From Chara braunii (lineage: Eukaryota; Plantae; Charophyceae), in assembly GCA_003427395.1 (NCBI GenBank), contig BFEA01000036.1, positions 3,406,640 to 3,470,639 of the forward strand: 64,000 bases of DNA, written 5' to 3'. Below the pieces are notes generated by a model that saw only the letters and a list, made by a program, of their open reading frames with translations, did no database searches and was not told where the DNA came from. Made by a program: the position numbers and the translations under genes. Below are positions 12,488-24,586 of this stretch, piece by piece; within the stretch, counting starts at the first letter, position 1, and every line of letters begins with the position of its first letter.

Positions 12488-15400
12488 TTAGTCAATCTGG
12501 CGCTTTCCTTTCTGCAGCAACTTCTCGTAGTGGGCAACAACCTGTGGGGCGGTCTGCATCAGTTCCTCCCGAGTAAACCATCTATCCTCCTTTGGATCAG
12601 TATGATGTCTGAACTGAACGCGGTATTGCAGCTTCGGCTTTGGAGGACGTCCTCTTCCTGAAGGTTTTGGAACTGGCATTTCTCTGTGGTCCACGATGTC
12701 ATCGATTTCGACCTCTCCATCCATGGTTGGGGGCAGCATTGAGCGTCGCGAGGGAAACTGATCAGTTTCTTTGGAAGGTGCAAGCTTGGAGGCGTGGAAG
12801 ACAGGGTAAGTGCGAAGGTGACCAGGGATCTGAACTACATATGATGGCCCGTCCAGATCATCCCCGACAATATCCAAAACCTCCCAAGGTCCGAAGTACT
12901 GTGGCATGAGTACGGGATATCACGTGCTCTTGTCCCAGTTCTGAGGACTTGACCCAGACTCTGTCCCCTACCTGGAATGTAGATGGGCGGCGGTGCTTGT
13001 TCTCAGATTCTATCATCGCCGCCTGTGCCCTGTGCATCCGTTCTACCGCTTGCTGCATCAACTGTTCATATCGATATGCAAATTCTAGTGTACCAGGTGC
13101 AGCTCTCGGCTGATTCTCAGGTAGTAGGAAGTCTAGTGGCAGTCTAGGTTTGAATGTCAGTAGCAGGCTGTTTGGACTCACCCGTGTTGCGCTGTGCACA
13201 ACATTGTTGTACAGGCTGGCGATGAGAGCCAGTTTCTCATCCCAGTCCACCTGGTTGGGCTTAATGTAGTGCCTCAACAGGTGTTGTACAGCGCGATTCA
13301 GCTGCTCTGCTTGCCCGTTTGCCTCTGGGTGGTTCCCGGAGGTCATCTGCAGCTGTGTACCCTGTTCTGCAGCTGCAGCCTTTCACAGTTCACTAGTAAA
13401 TCGCACGTCCCGGTCACTCACAATAGACTTTGGCAATCCAAGATCCCTGACCCAGTTTTCCTTGAACAACTTGATTACATACTCAGTCTTGGTTGTTGCA
13501 GGCATAGCGACTAACCTAGCATACTTAACCTATCCACAATGACATAGACATAGTGCATTCCACTCTTGCTGGCGACCAGCATGTCCATGAAGTCCATGGA
13601 CAGGCTCTCACCGGGCCTTTCCGGTAGCGGAAGGGGCTTGGGAAGCCCAAGAGGGGCCTGTGTACGTGGCTTGTCTCTCTGACATACCTGACAGGTCTCC
13701 ACGTACAGCTTGGTGTCTCTCATCATTGTCGGCCACCAGAACTGCTGCAGCAAGTTGGCTGCAGTCTTTTTACAGCCAAAATGTCCTGTGGCATCGTGAC
13801 ACTCACCTAAAAATAAACTACGCAAAGACTCCCGATTAGGCACACACAAACGTTTATTCCCGGCCTTCTCGAGGAACAACAGGCCGATGACCGACTCAAA
13901 CTCGGCAGAAGTCACTTTGCCCTTCGCCTCGAGTCTGCGTATGATCTCGGCCATAAACGGGTCCTCGCGATAGGCTTCCACCAAAGAACGAGTAACATCG
14001 TTCACAAGCCCAAACTCAGTGATCAGCGCACCACGGAAGTCCAGCCTACGCGACAGCGCATCAGCAACTCTATTGTACTCTCCTTCGATGTACTAAGGGT
14101 CGAAGTCATACTGCTCAATGACTTCGATCCATCGTTTCAATGCATCGGAGAGAACTGGCTGGGTTCTCATCCACTTCAGGGTTTGATGATCAGTCCTGAA
14201 GTAGAAGAACCTCCCAAGGAGGTAGTGCCTCCAGTGGGTTAGCGCTTTATAAATCGCCTAGAGCAGTCCACTTTTTGGACATGTACTCAACAAGCCTTAA
14301 CTTGGGCCCCTCCTGCTACGCGAGCACGACGCCTATGCCATATTGGCTAGCATCCGTGGTTACTATAAACGGCTTGTCAGGATCAGGAAGTTCAAAACCT
14401 CATAGTGCGTCAGAGCATGCTTCAGATGTCTGAAAGCAGCCTCACACCTATATGTTCACTCCCATGGTGTCAAGGCATGTCAGGTCCGTCAAAGGGGCGG
14501 CCACAATGCTATAGTTTTTGACAAAATTGCGGTAGTAGCCGGTCATCCCTAAGAAGGACTTCATCTCAATCACAGACTGAGGATGCGGTCAGTCACGAAT
14601 GCTGGCCACCTTCGCGTCATCGGGCTTCAATCCCTCTGCAGAAATCTCATGACTCAAGTACAAGATACGGGTGCGGCCAAACTCGCACTTCTCGCCGTTA
14701 ATCTTGAACTTGTGTTGTCGAAGGAGACTAAGGACTTTGTCTTAATGACCAACGTGCTCCTTGACAGTCCTACGGAAAATAAGTATATCATCGAGGTACA
14801 CGATGACAAACTTATCCAAGTAGTCATGAAAGATCCGGTTCATAGCATGTTGAAAGGTGCCAGGAGCATTGCAAAGGCCGAAAGGCATCACCACAAACTC
14901 GTACAGACCGTACCTGGTCTGAAAAGCGATTTTGTGTTGATCCTCGGGGCGTATTTCAATCTGATGGTACCCAGACTTCATATCTATCTTACTGAAGTAC
15001 CGTCACCCTTGCACTCGGTCCAACAAGTCATCGATGCGCGGTAGGGGTTCTCGGTTCTTGACAATGATGGCATTGAGGCCCCTATAGTCAATGCACATCC
15101 TCAAAGTTCCCCCCCTCTTTGGTACAAATAGGCCTGGAGATCCGTAAAGGGAGACACTCGGTCGGATCCAACCCTTCTCTACGAGTTCCTTGAGCTGCCG
15201 GCAAAGCTCATCTAGCTCGCTTGGAGACATCTGATAGATCCTACCCTTCGGAATGCTAGACCCTAGGATAATCTCTATCGCATGGACGACCTCCCTCTCA
15301 ACAACCCCTTTCGGCTCTTCAAATAGATCAAGGTATTTAGTGACTACTCCCTCTATCTTCGGCGGCATTTTCACCTGCTCGCCTGCTGCAGAGACATAAA

Positions 15401-18044
15401 CTAGATACATACCCTCCTCCGCATTTTGCTTATAATAATTGTAGAATGTGGCCGCACACACGCATCCGTAGGACTCGATCAGCCTACTAGCCTTGAACTT
15501 ATGTAATCTGGCGGTCCCTCCACGGGGCAAAGTGTGCTTGACCACTTTTCGGTCCCAATCAAACTGGGGTTGTGCAACCGAGAGGTAGTACATACCTAAC
15601 AAGATATCCATAGGGAGATCATCGCTAACTAGGAACGAGACTCGATGTCTCAGTTCCCCTCTCGCGTACGGGAAAAGACACTCAATGTCTTTAAGGTAGT
15701 CGTTGACTACCATGCGTTGTTTGTTGGCACAGGTCGACTCAGGCGTTGCACTTGCCCCTGTAAGCGCAGCCTCTCAACGCACGCGTGACTAATGAAGTTC
15801 CGCGTCGAGCAAGTGTCATAGTAGGCCCCGACCTTACGGCCGCCGATGACTACCTCGCCGACGAACAACTCACCCTTAGGGGCTTTGGCCATGGTCGTCC
15901 AAAAAGCTAGCGGGTCCAATCTAGACCACTCCTCCTCTAGCTCCTCTAAGGACTTAAACACATTCAGCGAACAAAGGATCCCTGGGTCCGAATGTGTTTG
16001 CCGGACGACGATAGAGTCAGTAGCTTGGGCCAATTCTCGAGACGATGAGGGTGTGTCCACCACCTCGACCCTAGCAGGAACAGCTCCAATTCCTACTGGC
16101 CCAACGTGTTTCCCGGAGCAGTGTCAGAACTGCTGGCCACATTGCTACCTACGGGAGCGGAGGATCCCAATGCTTGCCCCATCGTAGCCGGGATTGTCTC
16201 AGTCACCTTCTTGTTGCGGCACTTGAATTTGTTATGGCCATATTGACCACAACGAATACAGGTCTGTCCGGTATACCGGTCTCTCCACATGTCCACTGCG
16301 AGACCCACTTTCTCCCATGGAGAGCGTTAGGGTCCACTTGACTCCTAAACCGGGAATCTCCACGGCGTCTACCGGCCGCCTTACCTTTTTGGACAGAGGC
16401 AGCAATTGTTCCACCCCCTAAAAGTTCTACGTTGCCCGCCTCTGAACTCGCTCCCGCTTGGAAGTCCTCTTCCAACTCGATGGTAGGACCATCGTTGTCG
16501 ACGAACATTATGCGGCCTTTTGCCTTCTAGTTGGTAGGCAGTGCCTTCTTCCTACCATTCGTCGTGGGTGTATGTCCATGCCCTATCTTTGCCTCTAGGT
16601 CTAAGGCCTTCTTATTGAACGAGGGAAAGTTGTGCATATTGATGTTGGCCCCACCTACCAACTGATTCATGAGAGGCATAGGAAAACATCTCAGGTATGC
16701 AGTGAGTAAGACCTGGGGGTCGTAACGTACTCCAGGAACACAGATCAGAAGCTCTATTGCGTCTGTGGCCTCCCTTACTGACTTAAATTGCCTGTTGTTC
16801 AAAGTCAGAATCGCGTCAGTGGCCTCTTGAGCCTCCTAAGGATCATGCCACCTTTCTTCCACCAGCTTAAGAAAGTCGTCCAGTTTCTAGTTGACTGCCC
16901 AAGCGCGGAAGTCATGACCGTATCCCTGTAGCTGCACTAAGCCACTCAACCATCTTGCTGCACTCCCCTCTAAATAGGAGGCAGCCACAAGCACTTCCTC
17001 GTGCGGCAAGGACAATTTACATTTGACAAAGACTGGCACTGACCTCAACCAAGTGTCGAGGTCTTCACCCCTCTTGTCCCCTGAAACGGGTTTGTGGGAG
17101 GTGATGGCCGTCTTCGGGACCCACTGGCTTTGTCCCGGTACCTGTCCCACTCCAGGCTGTGGACCTTGGGGACCAAGCTGCTGCACTAGCTGCTGCTGTG
17201 CAGACTACGAGACAGCAGGCTGCCCCGTTACGGCAACCTGCGACGGAGGTTGGGAGTACATTGTCTGTACAGTAACCTGTACACTAGGACCTGTTGAGAA
17301 CCCTCCTGTCAATGGCATACTCAGGGAAGCGGACTGTACCGACGCTGGAGTTATGCATGGGGATACCCCTGTCACCGGTGGGACAAAAGGAGGAGGTTGT
17401 ACCACGGGCCAGGCACCAGGCCCTGATGGTGATGGTGCCGCCTGAGCTCGCCTGACCAACACGGCCAGGCTCTGCTGAATGTCCTGTAAGAGCGCCATTT
17501 GGTGATCCTGCATCTCTACTACACCTAGCAAGACCGTCCTCAGGGTCCTCACATCATCATCCATCTTTGTCACGTCCATCGCCTCTAACTCACTAATATC
17601 CGCTTGTCTCCGCTGCATCCTGGCTCTTTTTCTAATCATCTTCTCTTTTTCCGCCTTTATCTCCCCTAAAGCCTTTTGTAGTTGTGCCTCGCGAAGGGCT
17701 GCTTGCTGTATGGCGACCTCTTCAGTTGTCCACACTATTGACGGGCTTGCCATAACGCCAGTGGAGTGACTCAAGGTCTGTGCAATCGTTGGCCCTACGG
17801 ACCCTGAACTGCTGGCCTGGGAACTCTGTTGTGCAGCAGTTGCCATGGCTGCTGAAGCAGCGGCTTCGCTTGCAAACGCCCTGCTGGCCTCTACTGCCCT
17901 AGCTCTCCGCTGCAGCTGATGTCTCTCCCTCTGCTAGCGGAACAAGTATTTGTCGCCCTTTGGTCCTAATGCCAAATGGGCTATCGGGGGCCTTGCTGAT
18001 CGCAAGATCTTGTCGTCCTCTCTAGTGTCCTCCCTGTCGCTCAT
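12488..18044 (-). pseudogene. Disrupted gag-pol polyprotein
   Basis: Gag with zinc knuckle CIRCGQYGHNKFKC; protease YYDTCSTRNFI; RT motifs [23 protein letters not shown]; integrase HHCC, SMDF, HPEANGQAE and GPY/F motif; C-terminal chromodomain. Many stops and frameshifts. Confidence 0.93.
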
Positions 18045-19295
18045 AAGCTACAAAACTGCACACCGACTGCACTAGGTCACTCACTCGATGCCTGCCGCAG
18101 CGTCATGCACAAACCGATTTAAAATAATTAAAATAATCAATCGGTGGCTAAGTCAGAGTATATACATTTGGGTCCAACAGGTAAGTTCATATTCCTACAA
18201 ACGAAACTATTTTTACTTAATTAGTCCACGAACAGAGAGAAGATTTCTATCTCATGTTGTCTGTCAGATGTCAATGGCAGTCCATCTAACTAATCAAAAT
18301 GAATATAGAATCGTCTGGGTGGATATTTGGAGAATGGAATTGAAGATGAACTTATCACCTGGAATCTACCCCTCCCTCAGTCCCTCTTGATGGTCACTTG
18401 ACGCCAGTGTCCCTGAGCGATCCACAACAGCGTGTGTGTCTAAAGGTGTGCACACGGCCCACCCCTGTGCCCCGAGTCCTGCTGAGCTGGCCAGCCCTGC
18501 ACAATATTTATCCTCGCGTGCAGCGAGCCTTACACCGAACGATTGGCTGATCACAAGGCGTTTTTATGGACGGCCCCTGAAGTCCTCAAGAATTATTTAA
18601 CGTCGCAGACAGGACAACGATCACAGCCAATGGAAGGTCCCCGCCGGTACTTATTTATAGATGCCCGGTACACGTCTTCCCCGTAGGGCTGGCCTGCCCC
18701 TCAGAACCCATCTGTAGCACAATGAACAGACAAAGGACAAAGCAGCAAAGCATGCGTGCTCTACTCCCGGTGGGTTGGCATGGTGACCGTGACCCAGTGC
18801 TTCATCCAGGGCCCTTCAGATAGCTCTTCCCACTCCTTCCAGATGCTCCACGTGAAAAATGTTGACTCTCAAGGTTGAGCGCACTCGACTCCTCACATGA
18901 GAGGACTCTCAAGATAGAACACACATCCTCACAGTAAGAAGTGTCGAAGAGGGTAGATAAGGTTAGGTGCAACGTACCTCAAAATAACTGCCCCCAACCA
19001 CATATATTCTCACCAGATGACCTGATGCCGATTTTGATGACCAATCGCTGCTTCGGCACAACCAGCATTAATCCGGCGCTCCACCTCAGCATCAATCGCA
19101 CATCACTTAGTTCTCATCACACTGCGAACACCCAATATTCACCACGTAGCCTTCCTGGCGATCCCCTCTCCTCCTGGGTCGCCTGCTTGCCTCCGCCCTC
19201 CTCACTACACACTCCCTACTGCCGCTCGCCCAGCAGACCGCATGCATGTACCACATAGGCAGAAGACAAGCGCCAGATGAGCGCACCGCACCACA

Positions 19296-19307
19296 GCTCC
19301 GATACCA
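19296..19307 (-). promoter_or_regulatory. Primer-binding site (tRNA-iMet type)
   Basis: TGGTATCGGAGC, one mismatch to the canonical TGGTATCAGAGC, 3 nt inside the 5' LTR end. Confidence 0.85.
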
Positions 19308-19310
19308 AAT

Positions 19311-20226
19311 TGCAAGGAAAATGAGCGATAGCGAACTTCAGAAACCAAGCAGCATGATACAGATGTGACCAGATAGTTGTGACCTTGAACCGAAAGCAGA
19401 ATTGCAACACGAGTTCCATCAAATAAGAACACAGCAAAAGCTCATAAGTGACAATGTTGGAATAGTCTCGTCATCACCAACAAAGAACCAATGTCGACAT
19501 CCTATCTGGCGCTCTGCGCCCAGACTACTCATGGCGGATCCTATCTAGCCTAATCTGCAAGGCCGTTGGTGACGTCAACAGCTCCCTCGAAGTACCAGCA
19601 GATCTCGGCCAATGTCGTTCGCTTCAAGCACCAGGTATGTCTCTCGTATCACTCACAACCTCGATCCCCCACTCACAGATGCCTCGTGCACCCAAGGACC
19701 ACCATGCGCCTCATCCAGCATACAGCAGCGCAGCTCGGCTATGGCTGCCTGCTCCTTCCAGATCGCCCGTGAGCGCGTGAGCGCTGGCCAGCGTCTAGCG
19801 CAGCATGCAGCCAGTGCCCGAATGAGGAATGCGGGGGCAGGCACTTTCCTAAATGGAAGTGGCCTGCCTGCTGTGCGCCCTGGCTGCACCGGGCCCTGTC
19901 CCAGAAGCTTCCGGTAGGCCCCGGGAGGCTGAGCCCCAGTCTGGACGAATCAGGCCCAGGGCCTGTGACAGTTACCCGTGCCCAACTGCCCGTAGCCTGT
20001 GTTGGGTCCTTGTTGAGTATCTCGCTCAGGGCCTGACTCAAATGCATTTGATAAAAGTAGCAAGGGCCTGGGCGCTTTCAACCAACTGACACTGTGCAAC
20101 TGCCTGAATTTCCCCAGGAGCGTGGAGACCCCAAAATAGACCATGGTCGGGCCTGCTTTCACTTAGGGCGGCCAACCGTACTGAAAAGAGGGCCCAGTAG
20201 GGCTTTTCGAGGCACTGAGCCTCGCA
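19311..20226 (-). repeat. 5' LTR (916 bp)
   Basis: On the minus strand it begins TGCGAGG and ends CCTTGCA (short inverted termini), followed by the PBS after 3 nt. Confidence 0.9.
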
Positions 20227-20328
20227 CAAGCAGGTTCACCATAATAATTATGGCCCATACAACTTCGCACGCAGGACAGGTTTTAAACTTTTTTTTCAAA
20301 CAGTTATTTGCGGTGATAATTAATTTAC

Positions 20329-20449
20329 CTTGTTTCTGGCATTGGTAGGGGGGGTCTTGTAAGCCATTTCTGCAGTCTGCCTTGGTGATTGCAGTGCTGG
20401 ATGGTGGAGACACGACCAAAGCATCAATTGAGCGCATGGCACCGGCCAT
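20329..20449 (-). CDS. Candidate first coding exon of the MATE gene
   Basis: ATG at 20449 with an in-frame stop upstream. Encodes MAGAMRSIDALVVSPPSSTAITKADCRNGLQDPPYQCQKQ. Donor CAAG|GTAAAT is phase 1, compatible with the 7679 acceptor. No homology support. Confidence 0.4.
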
Positions 20450-21247
20450 GGAGGAGGAAGAGGTCAACAAAACAAGGCTAGCAGAAGTCACCACAGCAGT
20501 GCAACCTCTTCATCAGGAATAGACCCCTCAAGCTTCAGCTTCCACGCTTCCCTCACGTCATCCCCAAAATGGATGTCAATCCAGCGCCAACCTGTGACCA
20601 ACACGTACTTTTGTTAGGACCTTGCAATGCTTGCATACCAAGCTGCCCTGCCCTGCCCATGACTCTTCCCTGCTACCTTCTTTCCCCCAACACAACGCTC
20701 CATTATCATCGGTGTATGCAAACCCTCTTCCGGTCTAAGTACAGTCATGATGATGGAGCGTTATGTTCAGGGGGACGAGGGTAATGTCGTTATAGACTCG
20801 CGACCCTGATGACGACAAACTGCCAGAAAGAGTGAGATGGGGAATGACCAGAAGGTTCCCATGAACAGCTCAGGGTGATCCCTTGAGTTTCATTCCTCCT
20901 TGTCTTTTTTTTTTTGCTCCCTTTTTTTAAAAGTTTTTTCCGCTTTCCTGGTTTGTGCATTGTCATGCAATCACATGGCAGATGTTGATCTTTTCGGTCT
21001 AATTCCAATTACAAAGGAAGCTGAGGGGTAAGACATTTGTCAAACAAACCTCAGAAACTTACATAGTTTCCATTTCCTTTCTCGAACGGTGTATTATACT
21101 GCAATAAACCCAACTTGAGAAGCTCGTGATCACATATAAAGTTATAAACTGAATTCACATGGCTCAACTACATGATAACAAACAACTTGTGACAGCCAAT
21201 AACAAGAAGACAGAGTAGAGAAGAAGTGCAGGAGCATGAGAATATCT

Positions 21248-23276
21248 TTTTTATTTTTTTATTTTTTTCCCTTCCATAAAACAGGTCCTTATGGCCCTGG
21301 CTCCATTTCCATTCTGGGGAGCAGCATTCCGGTTCCTATTCCACCGGCAAGTCCCAACAAAGTATTACATCATGAAACACACTCACGCTTCCTTCCGTCT
21401 CCCCTGACCAGCATTGATTACTCCAGCATCATGGAGGATTGACTGTCAGCTTGCCTTACTTCCACCTTCCTCTCAGGTCCACTGCATGAACCTGTCAGAT
21501 AAATTATAAAGAGCAAGAAAGGTAAAGGAAGCTATGGAAAACGAATCTAGGAATTCACCCTTCAATAGTACGTGGCCTGTGATGGATCTTGTCCGTCTGC
21601 TGGCTGGGATCTCTGCCTTTTCCACCCCGCTTCTGAGTTGTGCCAGTCTTTCCGCCATAAGCGAATGTCGTTTATCGCTGCTACTTCGCCTCCTGCGTGC
21701 CACACCTTAGTAAATTTTGCCTTTATTCTTCTTGTTGCTCCTCGTCGTCATCTGGCATAGAGTGTCTCGTCTTATGCCACTTACAAAGAATCTCTGCCTG
21801 AATCGAAGTTCTTGTCCTTTTTTTGTGGAGTCCCTCAATGGTTCTGCAGCACCTTTCCTTCCAGATGGACCACAGCGATACCTTTCTGACCATTCCGAAC
21901 CACGTTTTCTCTGTCTTGGGGAATTGAGTTGGGATGTTAGTCCATAGAAGGACATGGATGGGGTGTTCAGGGAGAGTCGAGAAGAGGGAATCCCAGAGAT
22001 CCGAGGCCCTCGCGCAATATTACGTCGCCTCTCTACAGCGTAACAGGCAGTGCAGCATATATTCTGGTTCATTTTCTGAGCATACCACATAAATCTGAAC
22101 TGTTGGGGTCATTCTTACTTCTTCTAATATGCAGCCACTGGTTAACCGGTAGAGCCACGTACGAGATGAGCCATTGGAGGCTTCTGATTTTGACCGGACA
22201 GATTGACCTGAATTTTTTCCATGGTACTTGTTGGATCTGACTAGCGTCCTGACTCCTGACCTATTAACTTCTGCCATCTGTTCTTGATCGTAAGGTCAGG
22301 ATCCTTTGTTTTGAGGAGTAAGTTGTATCCCAGTTTGACTGTGTATTCCTGGAGGGGTACATACTACATTCGTTCGGAGACTTCTGCTTCTGTTTGGTGT
22401 CCAAGCCCACTCTGCTGGATCAGATTTCCCAAGTCTTGAATTGCTGCATATATTCTGAAGATTGTTTTTGGGCATGATCCCAACACTCTTACTTTTCTGA
22501 GAACAAAAGGGTTTAGGACTGTTCTTTCCACCTCCTTATTCAGGATAGATGGGAGACCTTGTGTGGAGGGGGCAATTGGGAAAGGGGTCAACACAGCCAG
22601 GGTATCCGACCCTTGCTGTTTGTGGGAAAATTGATGGGCCCTTGAGGGGGTTAAATCCTGCACCCTCACTCCCCATTCACCCGATTTCCAGGTTGAGGCT
22701 TCGCTCGACAACTCCTTCCAGCATTCTGGGATGCAGTTAATAATGGATTTTAGATTCTCGTCTCGTCGGTGACATCCTTTGAGCTGGGAGGCAAGTTCCT
22801 GTTCTGTCACCCAGTCCTTTTTCTCCTTGTTCCAAAGATGGCTCACTTTCCAAACTCCGTGCTTGATCCACCCCCCTCAGATGGCCCAAAATATACCCGT
22901 CAAACAAATTAACAAACCGGGCAGATGGGTTCTTGGTATTATAGACCCCAAACAGGAAATCAAAGCCTTACAAGTTAAATGGATAGTCAAACTACTGACT
23001 AAACCAGGTACGCCATGGAATAAACTGGCCTTGGATAGCATAGGGGTCTAGCACCGACAGCCTCACCAGCAAACATGTCCGGTCTGTTCTGGGTAATGAA
23101 TGACCAAGGAATGGAGCCCAAGTACAGCGCGCAGAATCAACGAAGAGGAAGCGGTCCAATCGAATTCAGGGCCCCCACATCACATTGGACTGCATTGCTA
23201 CGGATATGGCGGGAAGTCAGTTTGGCAATCCGTGGGTGAGGGATGAAAGTGATCACCAGCTATCCCTTAACCCTCG
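21248..23276 (-). mobile_element. 5'-truncated, 5'-inverted L1-clade LINE insertion
   Basis: 18-bp TSD AGGAGCATGAGAATATCT (21230-21247, 23277-23294), T-rich tail at the left, minus-strand ORF2 3' remnants (WIKHGVWKVSHLW, VCSENEPEYMLHCLLRC) and a plus-strand upstream segment (LGIIDPKQEIKALQVKWI...FGNPWV). Confidence 0.85.
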
Positions 23277-23299
23277 AGGAGCATGAGAATATCTGAAAA

Positions 23300-24455
23300 A
23301 ATATAACCGATGAAATTGAATGAATCTCCTATCAGCTCCTTTTCCTCTACGGTATGCTCCTGTACTTCGCTCTGGTATGCTCTATCTAAGTTTACACCGT
23401 GGGAGATATCCAGTTGTGGACATCGCCCCTCTTTCTCGCTTGTTTTCTTCTACTGTGGTAGTCGCAGCTCCCATCTCCCACCATCTCCTAACCCTCTCTT
23501 GTGGTGCTTTCATTCCTGGATACAGCGCACTCTGAGTCCATCCTCACTCATGTAGCTAGAGCTGCGAGCTACAGGGGTGTGTGGCGCCACCTCACTCGAA
23601 GGCTAGAGCACAGGGCTGATGAGAGAGAGGCCCCAGCAGTTCACCGGCTCTATGGGCGTAACCCGGGCAATGTTATGCTTGACACCTGCTTCAGAACAAT
23701 GATGCTGAGTTCGTGTCCTGGCTGTAGCACTGCACTTCTCGTGCTTTTTATCTTTACCGAGCTATTGGCTGCAAGGATACTGCTGTTGAAGGTCCAGAAG
23801 GTAGCGTGCTATCATCATCTATGCTCTCTACCCCTCTTCCATGTGAGAGATGATGTGACGGAATACCAACACGCCTAGCTCGGTTTCTACACCCATGAAC
23901 TGTTGAAATACAGACCCAAGTCCGAGTCCAGACACACTCCGATGACCACAATGAAAAAAACAACACTATCTGGACAGATTCCGTGAGCTATTGCAATTCA
24001 GACACAATGGCCTTTCGATAATGAAACTTCCACAATGTCTTTCTAAGTCTTTTACTTATGCCAGACAAAGTGGCCTTCCCCTTCTTTTGTCTCCACCAGT
24101 ATTAGTTTCTTCTGGCCCACCAGTATTAGTGTCAGGACCACACCTCACGTCTTTGGAATTCTTATTATGAGCTGACTCAGCTGAGCCAAAAACACTAGGA
24201 TCCATTGTGCATTCTCCACGCGTTCAACTTTTAGGTGCTGTCAGGATGCTGCCTCTCTGTGTCTCCTCCAGTCCTCCTGGATTTTCAAGCCCTATCTTTC
24301 TCCTTCCCTGGCCTTCACCTCCTGCCTTACCTGCGGTTCTCTCCATCCGTAGATGTCATGCCATCGATGCTGGAAGGGGTTGATCTGGCATTCAACGCTG
24401 GCGAAGTCCACGTATACCTATCATCAGATTTGTCACACTATATTGTCATCTCCAA
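23300..24455 (-). mobile_element. Old degenerate LINE ORF2 fragments
   Basis: Weak remnants on the minus strand: DDRYTWTSP, KLNAW, SIDDDSTL. Confidence 0.35.
23865..23960 (+). mobile_element. Same SINE family, 5' half
   Basis: GAACTGTTGAAATACAGACCCAAGTCCGAGTCCAGA. Confidence 0.6.
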
Positions 24456-24549
24456 TGAAGAAGAAGAAGAAGAAGAAGAAGAAGAAGAAGAAGAAGAAGA
24501 AGAAGAAGAAGAAGAAGAAGANNNNNNNNNNNNNNNNNNNNNNNNNNNN

Positions 24550-24586
24550 TGTCTCTTATACACATCTAGATGTGTATAAGAGACAG
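24550..24586. other. Nextera mate-pair junction adapter (assembly artefact)
   Basis: TGTCTCTTATACACATCT-AGATGTGTATAAGAGACAG next to a gap. Confidence 0.97.

Larger units (their letters stand above)
11913..20226 (-). mobile_element. Full-length decayed Ty3/gypsy LTR retrotransposon (chromovirus)
   Basis: Two LTRs offset by 7779 bp, PBS, PPT and gag-PR-RT-RH-IN-chromodomain order. The 3' LTR end (predicted ~11532) lies in an N gap, so the TSD is not visible. Confidence 0.95.
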
